Below are positions 1 through 8,972 of a stretch of DNA of 64,000 nt, piece after piece. The stretch covers positions 64,001 through 128,000 of the IMG/VR virus record IMGVR_UViG_3300025012_000031; one strand, 5' to 3'. The notes beneath the pieces were generated by a model. It worked only from the letters and a program-made list of their open reading frames with translations. It was not told the origin of the DNA and ran no database searches. The translations under genes and the position numbers were made by a program. Each line of letters starts with the position of its first letter. The stretch's first letter is position 1. The DNA is from a virus.

Positions 1-757
1 TCTCAGAATATACATTTGCTTCTGGTATTTTCTTCTCAATGCCCTTGACTATTCCATCGGCGGTCGACTTATGATCGTCTTTATGATAACATACTTTAAT
101 TTTTAACGGGTCTTCATTTACAACATCAACGAATATGACGCCCTTTTGCACTAGTGATTCTGCTGGGATAGCACCGGTCTTTGCGGCACCACGATCCATG
201 CCATCCCAATCTTCAAAATGTGGATGTTTTTCGAGGTATTCATCAATCGAAAGAATGTCACCCCTCCAATAGAATCCCTCAATGCTCTTCAACAAATCTT
301 TCAATCTAAGTGCAATTGGTAATGCCCCGACGGTAGATGATATTTTAATATGTGGATGTTTACCTAAGTACGATCGCAGTAAAGTCAAATCATGCCACGT
401 CAAGTGTTTGCCGATGATTTCTATTGCAAGCAAGTACTTACTCAGTGGTTTAACGGCCTTTGTATAAATTCGTTCTTCTGCTTCATGATCTTTATGTTTA
501 TATCCTGAAGTAGGAACAATTTTGTATTTATGAGAAAGTTTATCACCATCAATTACGAAACGAATATCAGAATTCTCATCTTTACCCGTTACTATCCAAA
601 ATCTCTTATCGCGAGAAAATGAAATCTGTTGAGCATGCGTCTTTAATTCATCATCAATCAATATCCTTCCAACATTTTCAGCCGGTGTAATATGATATAG
701 AAGTCCAACTTGTTTGCCTTCTTTAAGAAAATCTCTAAATCTAATTAAAGATGACAT
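1..757 (-). CDS. Partial ORF (runs off left edge); putative ADP-ribosyltransferase-fold protein with capsid-targeting-like N-terminus
   Basis: Read manually: MSSLIRFRDFLKEGKQVGLLYHIT...ISFSRD...EAEERI, an H-S-E-like ART motif spacing; open to position 1. Confidence 0.45.
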   Translation of the reverse strand, partial: MSSLIRFRDFLKEGKQVGLLYHITPAENVGRILIDDELKTHAQQISFSRDKRFWIVTGKDENSDIRFVIDGDKLSHKYKIVPTSGYKHKDHEAEERIYTKAVKPLSKYLLAIEIIGKHLTWHDLTLLRSYLGKHPHIKISSTVGALPIALRLKDLLKSIEGFYWRGDILSIDEYLEKHPHFEDWDGMDRGAAKTGAIPAESLVQKGVIFVDVVNEDPLKIKVCYHKDDHKSTADGIVKGIEKKIPEANVYSE

Positions 758-870
758 TCGTATTCCTTTTGTTGTAATTTAAGTGGCCCACCCTCACCGC
801 GTCCAATGAGTGATATCTGTTAATTCAGATCTGTAAGTGTGCATCGTTGAGAGGCCGGTAGGGCGATACT

Positions 871-949
871 TGGAGCGGGCTGGGGGAATCGAACCCCTTA
901 TTGCTGGTTTGGAAGACCAGTATTGCTACCTTACAACTTATCAGCCTGC
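871..949 (-). tRNA. tRNA-Gly(TCC)
   Basis: Cloverleaf; anticodon arm CTGGT-CT TCC AA-ACCAG; T-loop TTCGATT; encoded CCA. Confidence 0.85.
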
Positions 950-1126
950 ATTAAATTAATTGATCACCGGACAACCATCACAACGAAAAACATCCGAGTT
1001 GTGGCGCATCATCCATTCATCTTTCATCTCTAACCGTTCAGACTCAGTGATAACATCATTGCCAAGAGAAAGAAAATACTTTGCTTCATTGCATGCAGTT
1101 TCCATGTTTGTCTCCTTCGTTAGTTG

Positions 1127-1213
1127 TGGAAGAGAAGAGCGTACTTGAAACGCAGACCTTGCGGTCCGAACTGCTTAGCAGGCAGCCTCAGCAACCTTGC
1201 TGATTTCTTCTCC
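1127..1213 (-). tRNA. tRNA-Ser(GCT), long variable arm, 6-bp D-stem
   Basis: Anticodon arm GCTGC-CT GCT AA-GCAGT; variable arm GGACC-GCAA-GGTCT; CCA. Confidence 0.8.
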
Positions 1214-1220
1214 ATGATCT

Positions 1221-1297
1221 TGGTAGCCCCGCAGGGAATCAAACCCTGTTAATCCGCTTTGTAAGAGCGGCACCTCGTTCAACCGAGTCCCGAAGCT
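1221..1297 (-). tRNA. tRNA-Val(TAC)
   Basis: CCGCT-CT TAC AA-AGCGG; ACCA end. Confidence 0.85.
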
Positions 1298-1313
1298 ATG
1301 ATGTATTTGCTAG

Positions 1314-1385
1314 TCCCTTCGGAAGAAATCGAATCTTCGTCTGCCGATTATCAGTCGGCGGCTACTACCATTGAGCTACGAAGGG
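1314..1385 (-). tRNA. tRNA-Ile(GAT)
   Basis: GCCGA-CT GAT AA-TCGGC; acceptor CCCTTCG/CGAAGGG. Confidence 0.9.
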
Positions 1386-1527
1386 ATGAAATGTTTTGCC
1401 TGCAAGCATTTACCTATTTATGCTTGCATACCGTCCATAGAACGATACCCGTGGACATCTGGTTTGACGCACCAGGAATAGGATGGGTACGTCTACATGA
1501 GGGCTCCACGCAGTAAGCAAAATTTAA

Positions 1528-1599
1528 GTACGCCAAGAAAGATTCGAACTCTCATTATCCGGTAATCGGCCGGGTGTCCTACCATTGGACGATAGGCGC
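1528..1599 (-). tRNA. Atypical tRNA-Ile(GAT)-like (C33, U37)
   Basis: Canonical D and T arms; anticodon loop CC GAT TA. Confidence 0.6.
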
Positions 1600-1612
1600 A
1601 TGTAGTACAAAA

Positions 1613-1687
1613 TGGTATTCCTGACTCGAGTTGAACGAGTGTAGCCCTCTTATAAGGAAGGTCCTCTAACCGTTGAGGTACAGGAAC
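1613..1687 (-). tRNA. tRNA-Ile(TAT)
   Basis: CCTTC-CT TAT AA-GAGGG; ACCA end. Confidence 0.85.
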
Positions 1688-1698
1688 ATGTTTTTACT

Positions 1699-1772
1699 TG
1701 GTAGTCCCACCCGGAATCGGACCGGGGTATTCGGTACGTCAGACCGACACTCTACCATTGAGCTATGGGACC
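1699..1772 (-). tRNA. tRNA-Val(GAC)
   Basis: TCGGT-CT GAC GT-ACCGA; ACCA end. Confidence 0.85.
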
Positions 1773-1784
1773 ATGTTACACAAG

Positions 1785-1854
1785 AGACGATGTGGGGATT
1801 CGAACCCCAATCTTTAAGTTTTGCAGACTTAAGCCCCACCTTGAGGTCACCGTC
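1785..1854 (-). tRNA. tRNA-Cys(GCA)
   Basis: TAAGT-CT GCA AA-ACTTA; U73. Confidence 0.85.
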
Positions 1855-1866
1855 ACGTTTGACTAT

Positions 1867-2109
1867 TTACTTTCTTTTCCCAGCACGGAATTCGTCATCG
1901 ATGTCATCAAGACGTTGCCATTCTTTATTCAACTCTGGTACTTCGTGTTTAGTGTTGTCATATTTCTTACAAAAGCGAATCAGTTCCTTAATTCGCTGAA
2001 TCTTATCTTTTACTTCCTGATGCGTTTTCTCCGGCATATTTTTCCAAGCATCACCGGCACCCGAACCCTCTGACAGAACATCTTTAATCTTGTCAAAATT
2101 ATTCATCAT
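1867..2109 (-). CDS. MNNFD-family small protein (putative internal head protein)
   Basis: N-terminus MMNNFDKIKDVLSEG shared with four other ORFs in the window. Confidence 0.5.
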   Translation of the reverse strand: MMNNFDKIKDVLSEGSGAGDAWKNMPEKTHQEVKDKIQRIKELIRFCKKYDNTKHEVPELNKEWQRLDDIDDEFRAGKRK

Positions 2110-2111
2110 GA

Positions 2112-2486
2112 TTATTTCTTCTTGCTTGTAATCGTGACAAACTTCTTCGGGACATCAATTTCCCAAGACTTCATTCGAATGATGTAACAATCATCTTTTT
2201 CATCAACGATGCGAAGTTTACCATCGATATTGTTTGATGACTTAAGAACATCATTCAGGAGATCGGCGAGTTTACGATCTTTAAGAGTATTAAGTGCATA
2301 CTCCCAAAAATCAAAATCAACCTTTGCTTTCATCTTACCGAGTGCCGCCTCTTTTTCACGGGTAGCATCATCATGTTCAGATTGACGTTTCTTCTGTGCG
2401 TCTTGTCTTTGCTGGGCGCCTACACGGGCCTGTGCAGAATTCCGGCCGCCTAGACCTTCTAATACTAAATCAAAATTATTCATCAT
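2112..2486 (-). CDS. MNNFD-family small protein
   Basis: N-terminus MMNNFDLVLEG; GGAG RBS. Confidence 0.55.
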   Translation of the reverse strand: MMNNFDLVLEGLGGRNSAQARVGAQQRQDAQKKRQSEHDDATREKEAALGKMKAKVDFDFWEYALNTLKDRKLADLLNDVLKSSNNIDGKLRIVDEKDDCYIIRMKSWEIDVPKKFVTITSKKK

Positions 2487-2519
2487 ATTCCTCCAACAGA
2501 ATTTATGTTCTGTTGTTAT

Positions 2520-3305
2520 TTATCTGGTATGATATTCCCATAATGCTTTGAAGATTGCATTGACATCACAATCATAAAATCCGGAGGAGTTGATGCAGTT
2601 AAACTCAATCACCTTCATCTCTGACTCATTAATCAACGCAAGGTCCATCACACAACAAGAATTAGGCAACCACTTATCGGCAAATTCTTGTGCTTCAAGA
2701 ATGACACCTTTATCAACCTGTCTCTGGGAAAATAATTGTCCGTTATTTCGGTACATACTCCCGGTGATGACTTTTCCACCAACAATGAACCAACGATATT
2801 CGGCATCAATGTTTTGCGGTTCTGAAAGAACGATCATCGTATCAGGCTGAAGCTGATATGACCCAGACGATGCACAAAGAACTCTGTCCCGAAGCCAAAG
2901 AACCAATTCACCAGCAGTATCAACCAACCCCGTGTATTCTTTCAAATCCTTCGAAGGTCGAGTGAACCACATTTCATCTGAAGGTCTTGTCTCGAGGAAC
3001 TTAATAGCTTCATCTAATCTGATCGGCGAAGTGTTCAACATATCATCGCGATTTGACACAAATGCATCATAGTTCGCTTTAGACAGATCAAAATGTAATC
3101 CTGCCCAACCCAATTCTAATCCAACTTCTGTAAGCGATGTTGAACCGTATGGAATGAATTCTTTACCAACGATTGGTTCATCTGACATCAACTCATGAGA
3201 AAACGGAAGTAAACCAATGAACTCATGTGGATACGGCGAAACCGCTTCCTTAATTGCCAAAAGATGCTTTGGATTAATTAAGTTATGTTGGATCAAAAAT
3301 TTCAT
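2520..3305 (-). CDS. ATP-grasp protein (R2K/DUF4343-like)
   Basis: F.RP..D.K.F/YTG, EYRWFIV.G, VMDLA, VIEFNCINSSGFY motifs. Confidence 0.8.
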   Translation of the reverse strand: MKFLIQHNLINPKHLLAIKEAVSPYPHEFIGLLPFSHELMSDEPIVGKEFIPYGSTSLTEVGLELGWAGLHFDLSKANYDAFVSNRDDMLNTSPIRLDEAIKFLETRPSDEMWFTRPSKDLKEYTGLVDTAGELVLWLRDRVLCASSGSYQLQPDTMIVLSEPQNIDAEYRWFIVGGKVITGSMYRNNGQLFSQRQVDKGVILEAQEFADKWLPNSCCVMDLALINESEMKVIEFNCINSSGFYDCDVNAIFKALWEYHTR

Positions 3306-3324
3306 TTCATCATTCTTTCATAAG

Positions 3325-3398
3325 CTCCGGAGCCGAGCTTCGATCTCGGAACGATACGGTTAACAGCCGTACTCCCCTACCCTCAGGGACCCACCGGA
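3325..3398 (-). tRNA. tRNA-Asn(GTT)
   Basis: TACGG-CT GTT AA-CCGTA; G73. Confidence 0.8.
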
Positions 3399-3590
3399 AT
3401 AAAGTCTTTATTTCGTCATTCTAAGCAGCAGGGACCTCATATCCGTCGGTTCCTGTTTACTTAAAACTTTAACATCTTTACAGCCACACCAAGGACAGTC
3501 TACACCAACTGCGGGTGATTGCCATTCATGGTTGCATTGAATCTCTGTGTTCTTACAAAGTAGAATAAACATCTTTCATTCTTTCTTAAG

Positions 3591-3665
3591 CTCCGCCTAC
3601 AGGACTCGAACCTGTCTCAGTCTCGGTTAACAGCCGAGTGTCGTCGCCCGGACGACTCAAGCGGA
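3591..3665 (-). tRNA. tRNA-Asn(GTT), 5' end overlapped by endonuclease stop codon
   Basis: CTCGG-CT GTT AA-CCGAG; T-arm ACAGG TTCGAGT CCTGT. Confidence 0.9.
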
Positions 3666-4274
3666 ATGTATAAATGATATAGCCTTTGAAATTTCACCTT
3701 TGGTATTGCTCATCATATCTTTCCACTTAATACGATGAACGACCCAACCATGTTCATTTAAAAGTCTATCCTTTCTTATATCTCTTTCTTTAACATCTGT
3801 AAATCTTTCGTGTTGGTCTCCGTCGATTTCAATCGCCTTCTTTAAATGTGGCCAAGCAAAATCTATTGAGTAAATACCAACACAATGTTCTCTGTTGAAA
3901 TTTTTATCATCGAACTCATTTTCAATTACTCTCATGAAAAATTGTTCGGGCCAAGAAGGTTCATTATTCCATCTTGATTTACCGATGTTCCAGGCCTTTC
4001 CTGAAGAATGAGCCAGTTTCATTGATTCGCTAATTTTATTCTTTGTCTTAACGCTAAGAATCCTGCCTGTTCCTGCTATGCCTAACTTCCTACGAGTGTC
4101 TTCAGTAACAATAAACCGAAGACCATTATCTTTAGCCTTCATGAACTGATTAGTACCCTTCTTACCAGTCATACCGTTTTTGTAACGACGATTTGGATTA
4201 ACAGGACAACACCGCTCATGATTACGATGACTATTTTCGTTTTTACATTCCTTGGCACAGAATTGACAATACAC
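3657..4274 (-). mobile_element. Free-standing homing-type endonuclease, EDxHD/Vsr-like (DUF559) with Zn ribbon and NUMOD3-like repeats
   Basis: CxxC...HxxxC; IDFAW...AIEIDGDQH...D..L...GW.V.RI; TATAAATA late promoter at 4305-4312. Confidence 0.8.
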
Positions 4275-4322
4275 GATAAAGAACCTTTCTTGGTGTCTTT
4301 ATCGTATTTATAAATTCTATTT

Positions 4323-4355
4323 AAGTCAGCTGCTCTACCAATGAGCCACCTGGGA
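4323..4355 (-). pseudogene. 5' half of a tRNA (Asn-like), truncated at the anticodon loop
   Basis: TCCCAGG TG GCTC ATTGGTA GAGC A GCTGA CT, followed directly by the endonuclease promoter. Confidence 0.75.
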
Positions 4356-4571
4356 ATGTAATTTTGAAAAGGTAGATTGGTACCTTTCCTTTTTCAATAG
4401 TTCATACCCAACCGTACTAGACCAAATCATTTATCAGTCAGAAATCTCGAGGTCATTGCTTCAACGGCTCAAGGCCTCCACTACTCGGCATCACAGAATC
4501 AAAATCGTCGCATATAAAATAGTGAGCATATTTTATCGCCTAGAGCAGAAGCTCCGATTAATGTATTTGTT

Positions 4572-4648
4572 TGGTCGAGGCGGCCGGAATCGAACCGACA
4601 TCTACCTGGTTAAAAGCCAGATGTAAAACCAATTTTTACTACGCCCCG
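4572..4648 (-). tRNA. tRNA-Lys(TTT)
   Basis: TCTGG-CT TTT AA-CCAGG; ACCA. Confidence 0.9.
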
Positions 4649-4658
4649 ATAAAGCAAG

Positions 4659-4741
4659 TCAGGGCGGGGGGATTCGAACCCACGATGCGGTTTCCCGCTC
4701 TCGATTAAAAGTCGAGTGTAGTACCTCTCTACGACGCCCTG
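4659..4741 (-). tRNA. tRNA with Lys(TTT) anticodon and long variable arm
   Basis: CTCGA-CT TTT AA-TCGAG then GCGG-GAAA-CCGC arm. Confidence 0.75.
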
Positions 4742-4747
4742 AAGGTA

Positions 4748-4823
4748 TGGTGCGCGCAGTGGGAATTGAACCTACAACCTTCCGGTTAAGAGCCGGGTAC
4801 TCTGCCAATTGAGTTATGCGCGC
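4748..4823 (-). tRNA. tRNA-Lys(CTT)
   Basis: CCCGG-CT CTT AA-CCGGA; ACCA. Confidence 0.92.
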
Positions 4824-4941
4824 ATATTAAATTCTGTCTCCTGGTTTAGACCCAGGTTTCTGTTTGTATTTCATCTTGTGTACTCCTTGTTAATTATGAA
4901 GCTATTATATAACATTGTAATGAATATGTAAATAGAAAAGT

Positions 4942-5352
4942 TTATTTGAAAACGTAAGGTGTTCTTTTTTCTTTAAGACCGACATTGTTCGCCGTTTTTA
5001 CAATTTCACCTTTTTTAATCTGGATGATGTTTTGGATTTCAACTTCATCGCCTTGTCCACGATAACCGTTTCCAGTATCGATGATGTATGTTTTCTTTTC
5101 GCCCACCTTACCGTATTCTCCACCCGAACCGATGATGAAAACCTCTTGCCACTTGACAGGATAACCAGAGCCGCGTAGACAAACCATGACCGTCTGATCG
5201 TATTCTTTATCCATCGCGAGAATTTCTTCAATGGTCGTTTTACTCTTCGGGAAATGATAACCCTTCATGATGTACCAATCAGCACGTCTGACTGGCTTAT
5301 ATCCACCGGGACCTTCAGAAATGATTCCTAAAACTTTATCGAAATTATTCAT
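4942..5352 (-). CDS. MNNFD-family protein
   Basis: MNNFDKVLGIISEG; GGAG RBS. Confidence 0.55.
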   Translation of the reverse strand: MNNFDKVLGIISEGPGGYKPVRRADWYIMKGYHFPKSKTTIEEILAMDKEYDQTVMVCLRGSGYPVKWQEVFIIGSGGEYGKVGEKKTYIIDTGNGYRGQGDEVEIQNIIQIKKGEIVKTANNVGLKEKRTPYVFK

Positions 5353-5373
5353 AAGTAAATCTCCCTTGTTTGT

Positions 5374-5449
5374 TGGTACCGACGGTAGGATTCGAACCTA
5401 CGACCTTGGAGGTAGAAGCTCCCTGCTCTGTCCACTGGGCTACGACGGC
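5374..5449 (-). tRNA. tRNA-Arg(TCT)
   Basis: GGGAG-CT TCT AC-CTCCA; ACCA. Confidence 0.9.
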
Positions 5450-5459
5450 ATATGTAACT

Positions 5460-5795
5460 TTAATTTAATCTTGAATTGATATGAGTGACTGTCCCTAGTG
5501 TAGGATGTGTATACTCCGTGGTCCTATGATTGATTCGAGCAATCTCTTTTGTTCCGCGTGTTCCCTCCTTGAATCCTATCGTTTTCATAATATACGGGAC
5601 TTTATTGTCATCGCCGCCGGTGAATGTTCCAACAGTACGATCAGACGTGTCCAAGTATACACCGTGTCCTAATTTGAACTTAACAGGATCAAAAGAATCG
5701 CGCTTCAAATCTAATCCAACAAGATAATCCGACAGAGCCTTTTGTGTTGGCGCTGCTTCATTCAAAACTCTAACGATCTTATCAAAGTTATTCAT
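5460..5795 (-). CDS. MNNFD-family protein
   Basis: MNNFDKIVRVLNEA; AGGAG RBS. Confidence 0.55.
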   Translation of the reverse strand: MNNFDKIVRVLNEAAPTQKALSDYLVGLDLKRDSFDPVKFKLGHGVYLDTSDRTVGTFTGGDDNKVPYIMKTIGFKEGTRGTKEIARINHRTTEYTHPTLGTVTHINSRLN

Positions 5796-5818
5796 GTATG
5801 ATCTCCTTGTTAAATTGT

Positions 5819-5890
5819 TGGTGCCCCACGATTGAGTCGAACAATCTCTTCCTGGTTCGAAGCCAAGAGTCCGGTTCCGCCGGGTCGGGC
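5819..5890 (-). tRNA. tRNA-Arg(TCG), non-canonical D-arm
   Basis: CTTGG-CT TCG AA-CCAGG; D-stem CCGG/CCGG abuts acceptor. Confidence 0.75.
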
Positions 5891-5911
5891 ATATGTTTTA
5901 TTTATCAGCGG

Positions 5912-5983
5912 TCCCCTCGGGAGGAGTCGAGCCTCTCACGACCAGCGTTCGTAGCACCGGCGCCGCAGTCCCACGGCGAGGGG
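5912..5983 (-). tRNA. tRNA-Arg(ACG), non-canonical D-arm
   Basis: CGGTG-CT ACG AA-CGCTG; acceptor CCCCTCG/CGAGGGG. Confidence 0.75.
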
Positions 5984-6173
5984 ATAATCATTAATCAAAG
6001 AATGTGGTCTTTTTGTCTTTTCTTTGTCTGACCGTTGAGCCGCAGTGCGGACATTTACTTCCAACTTGAACGAGATCTAGGTCACAGTTCATACACCAAA
6101 ACTGAAATGCCTTTGAGGGGTTGCGAGCTTTTTCTCTGTTCGTTGGTCTGTAAGAAACATCTTCGACTTCCAT

Positions 6174-6548
6174 TCATTTCCCTTTATAAAATGCAACCTT
6201 ACCAAAAACCTTAACAGCACGATAGTAATTACGAGCAATCTCTAACCGAGTCAGGCGTAAGAATTTCGGATTGAACCAGGGTTTCTTGTTGATGATGTTT
6301 TTCATATTCAAATAGAAGACAACATCAGCATACTTTTTATCTTTGTCAGTTATGCCTTCCCTATACATCCAATCATGGATTTTACAGGCATCTTTAACAC
6401 TAAGAAAAAGAATTCTATCGGGAACTATATCAACTTTCCAACCGTTGGGTCCGCAACCGGCACTAACGATCTTTCTTACTTCTTCGCTTGCATTCCAATA
6501 ATTATCTGAAGCAATAATACCGAGTTGTTTAAGTTTTGTATCTGTCAA
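6174..6548 (-). CDS. Phospholipase A2-like / DUF1353-like protein
   Basis: GCG...ACKIHDWMY...K..AD..F..N pattern. Confidence 0.5.
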   Translation of the reverse strand: MTDTKLKQLGIIASDNYWNASEEVRKIVSAGCGPNGWKVDIVPDRILFLSVKDACKIHDWMYREGITDKDKKYADVVFYLNMKNIINKKPWFNPKFLRLTRLEIARNYYRAVKVFGKVAFYKGK

Positions 6549-6849
6549 AGGAGATTCCTAATTTACTTTTTATGAATCGGGTTGTCACAATCTCCACAAT
6601 GTACATAAACGAATTGGGCACTTGCATCAGAGAATTTTTTATCACAACTGGCTATGTATTTACATTTACCGATGGTGACGATTTCCCATGTTTTACCTTT
6701 TGATTTATCAACATACTTTTGGTAGTCTTTGATGTTGTTTGTGGCATTGTTCTTTGTATTATAAAGTTCTGATACCCAAACTATAACCAATGCCAACACT
6801 ATAAACCAAAATATGTTTTTCTTGCTCATTGATTACCTCATTCATTAGT

Positions 6850-6928
6850 TGGTAGGCCAGGTGGGAGTCGAACCCACAAAAACATCTGCTTTTGAAACAG
6901 ACCGCAATACCAGTTAGCGTACTGACCC
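6850..6928 (-). tRNA. tRNA-Leu(CAA), short variable loop
   Basis: TCTGT-TT CAA AA-GCAGA; ACCA. Confidence 0.85.
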
Positions 6929-7082
6929 ATGTTTAATTTTCACATAACGAACGTCTGGTTTAGTCTGTTTACATTTATCACAAGTTAATGTTCCGTCCCA
7001 ATTATCATAAAGGGACATTTCTTTAAAGGTTCCACCACAAGAACATTTCTCGTTTAATTTTACATTCATTCGTTTTTCTCCT

Positions 7083-7125
7083 TGGTAGCCACAGAGGGAT
7101 TCGAACCCATCACTGTCTGGCTTCT
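7083..7125 (-). pseudogene. 3' half of a displaced tRNA-Leu
   Basis: AGAA GCCAG ACAGT GATGGG TTCGAAT CCCTC TGTGGCT ACCA; acceptor strand pairs with the 5' remnant at 7755-7779. Confidence 0.8.
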
Positions 7126-7131
7126 TATGAG

Positions 7132-7206
7132 TGCGCCACCCGGGGGTCGAACCCGGAAGCAGCTGATTCTAAGTCAGCTAGGTATGCCAATTCCCTTCAG
7201 CGGCGC
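7132..7206 (-). tRNA. tRNA-Leu(TAG), overlapped by 3' end of HNH ORF
   Basis: GCTGA-CT TAG AA-TCAGC; acceptor GCGCCGC/GTGGCGC. Confidence 0.9.
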
Positions 7207-7698
7207 ATTTTTCTTTCTTCTAAACGTTGGTGTCTGTGAATGACAATTCGGACACAATATCCTCAAATTAAGTTTAGAATTGTCTTTGTTATTACCGTTT
7301 ATGTGATCTAATTCAAAAGATATCGGTTTTCCGTTCCAATCGCTAATACCACACCAAAGACAAGAATTATTCTGTTCTTCAAGAATAATTCGTCTTTTTA
7401 TTGCTTCTGAAAAATCTTCAAATTTACCAAAATTAATTTTTCGTTGTAAATTTTCTGATTTTTTATTTTTTGCTTTTTTACGATCTTCTATGGTAAAAAT
7501 TTTCCGCCTTTTATCAAAGCCTTTCTTAAAAGGACAACCACCGGAAGCAGATTGACGGCCCTTCAATTTTTCGCTGACGCGTTGATTAATTTCTTCTCTT
7601 TTGTTTTTAGTAGAAAATCCACGGGCACATATTGACGAACAGAATCTACCAGACCCATAAAGACCATCATGATCCTTATTACAGTTTTCACAAATCAT
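7174..7698 (-). mobile_element. Free-standing HNH homing endonuclease
   Basis: C..C...ELDHINGN..DN...NLR.LCPNCHSQT; TATAAATA at 7733-7740. Confidence 0.85.
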
Positions 7699-7754
7699 TT
7701 TTGAACTCCCAGAATATATTTTTATTTTATTTTATTTATATTCTGTGGGTTCAA

Positions 7755-7779
7755 TCTGCCGTAGTTGGGCTATGTGGCC
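7755..7779 (-). pseudogene. 5' part (acceptor strand and D-arm) of displaced tRNA-Leu
   Basis: GGCCACA TAGCCCAACTACGGCAGA, nearly identical to the D-arm of tRNA-Leu(TAA) at 8127-8203. Confidence 0.8.
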
Positions 7780-8126
7780 ATACTTTTACTATGTGATGCT
7801 ACAATTAGAGACTTCCCAATTGCAAAACGGATTCTCAATACAACGTCGAACCTTCTTCATGAGAATTCCAACCTTATCAACAGCATCTCCAAATCGAACG
7901 ATTGTGTCAGGACGATATAGTTGTCCGTTAACGAATAACGGAATCTTTTCAAATTCATCATTCGTCATTTCATCAAATGACGGTTCAATTTGAATGTGTT
8001 CGTTCTTTATCTCGGAAATGATTTCGCCTTCTGTTGCAATATGCTCAAAGTATCTGGCATTTGCTCTGTAGTAAAATCTTTCAAGTGATGTCATTTAATT
8101 TCACTCCATTTATAATTGTTTGTGAG

Positions 8127-8203
8127 TACCCGCAGGGAGATTCGAACTCACCACTTAGTAGGTCTTAAATCTACTGCCTCTGCCTTAGTTGGGCTATGCG
8201 GGC
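8127..8203 (-). tRNA. tRNA-Leu(TAA)
   Basis: GTAGA-TT TAA GA-CCTAC; bulged T-stem. Confidence 0.85.
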
Positions 8204-8212
8204 AAAATATTT

Positions 8213-8242
8213 GTGGAGCTGGCCGGGGTCGAACCGGCACTC
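8213..8242 (-). pseudogene. 3' fragment (T-arm plus acceptor strand) of an Ala-type tRNA
   Basis: GCCGG TTCGACC CCGGC CAGCTCC AC immediately after the endonuclease stop; U70 Ala determinant. Confidence 0.65.
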
Positions 8243-8911
8243 TTACCAATTTTCTATTTTAATTTTTAGTTCTTCCAAAGACAAAGAACACTTCATATTC
8301 TTTTTCATATTATCAGTGTGTGGCATCAAGATACAATTTGCGGGATGCGCTATGATCTCTGGAGAAATATCATTATTCCAACCGAACTTTATTGAAATAG
8401 CATGATCTCTTGAAATACCGTTCGGATTATCACCGCGATTCTTTGCTTTATACCAACCATGAACACCGATTAGACCAAAATCAAATTTATCAGGAAAATC
8501 ATTTAAAGAAAACTTGAATTGACAATCACGGCGATAATTCTTATAATCATCGCCTAAACATTTCTTCGCTCTTCTTTTGCCCCTCATAATGTTTGATAAT
8601 TTTATAGCGCTACTTGCTATAGATGGGTGATCTTTTTTCTGTTTTCCTTTATTCCAGATCGGAACATTATTTGGATTCAGATTATGTTGATTCCCAATAT
8701 CGGTATGCGATCTCCAATAATGAAAACTAATACCCATCTTTGGTCTTAACTTATTACAAATGGGACACTTATAGAGATCGCCAATCTGTTCAAACATGCT
8801 TAATGAAATCTGGTGATCTTTTTTATTACCGCATGAAATATTGTGACGGGCGATATTATTACTAGTAAAGTTCTTTAAACATTTTTCACATGTGATTTTG
8901 GTTCGATTCAT
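8243..8911 (-). mobile_element. Zn-finger/HNH-like homing-type endonuclease
   Basis: C2H2-like fingers, PIWNKG (NUMOD3-like), SRDH.IS...HPANC.L...N..KN; TATAAATA at 8930-8937. Confidence 0.7.
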
Positions 8912-8972
8912 AAAATATCCTTTTTAGAATATTTATAAATGCTCTACCAAAATCACTATAATTTTGTTTTTG

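Noticed and set aside
1127-1213. tRNA-Sec (6-bp D-stem, long variable arm)
   Set aside because: The anticodon is GCT, not TCA.
4365-4560. Spacer with several short hairpins between tRNA genes
   Set aside because: No coherent overall fold or ORF could be supported by eye.
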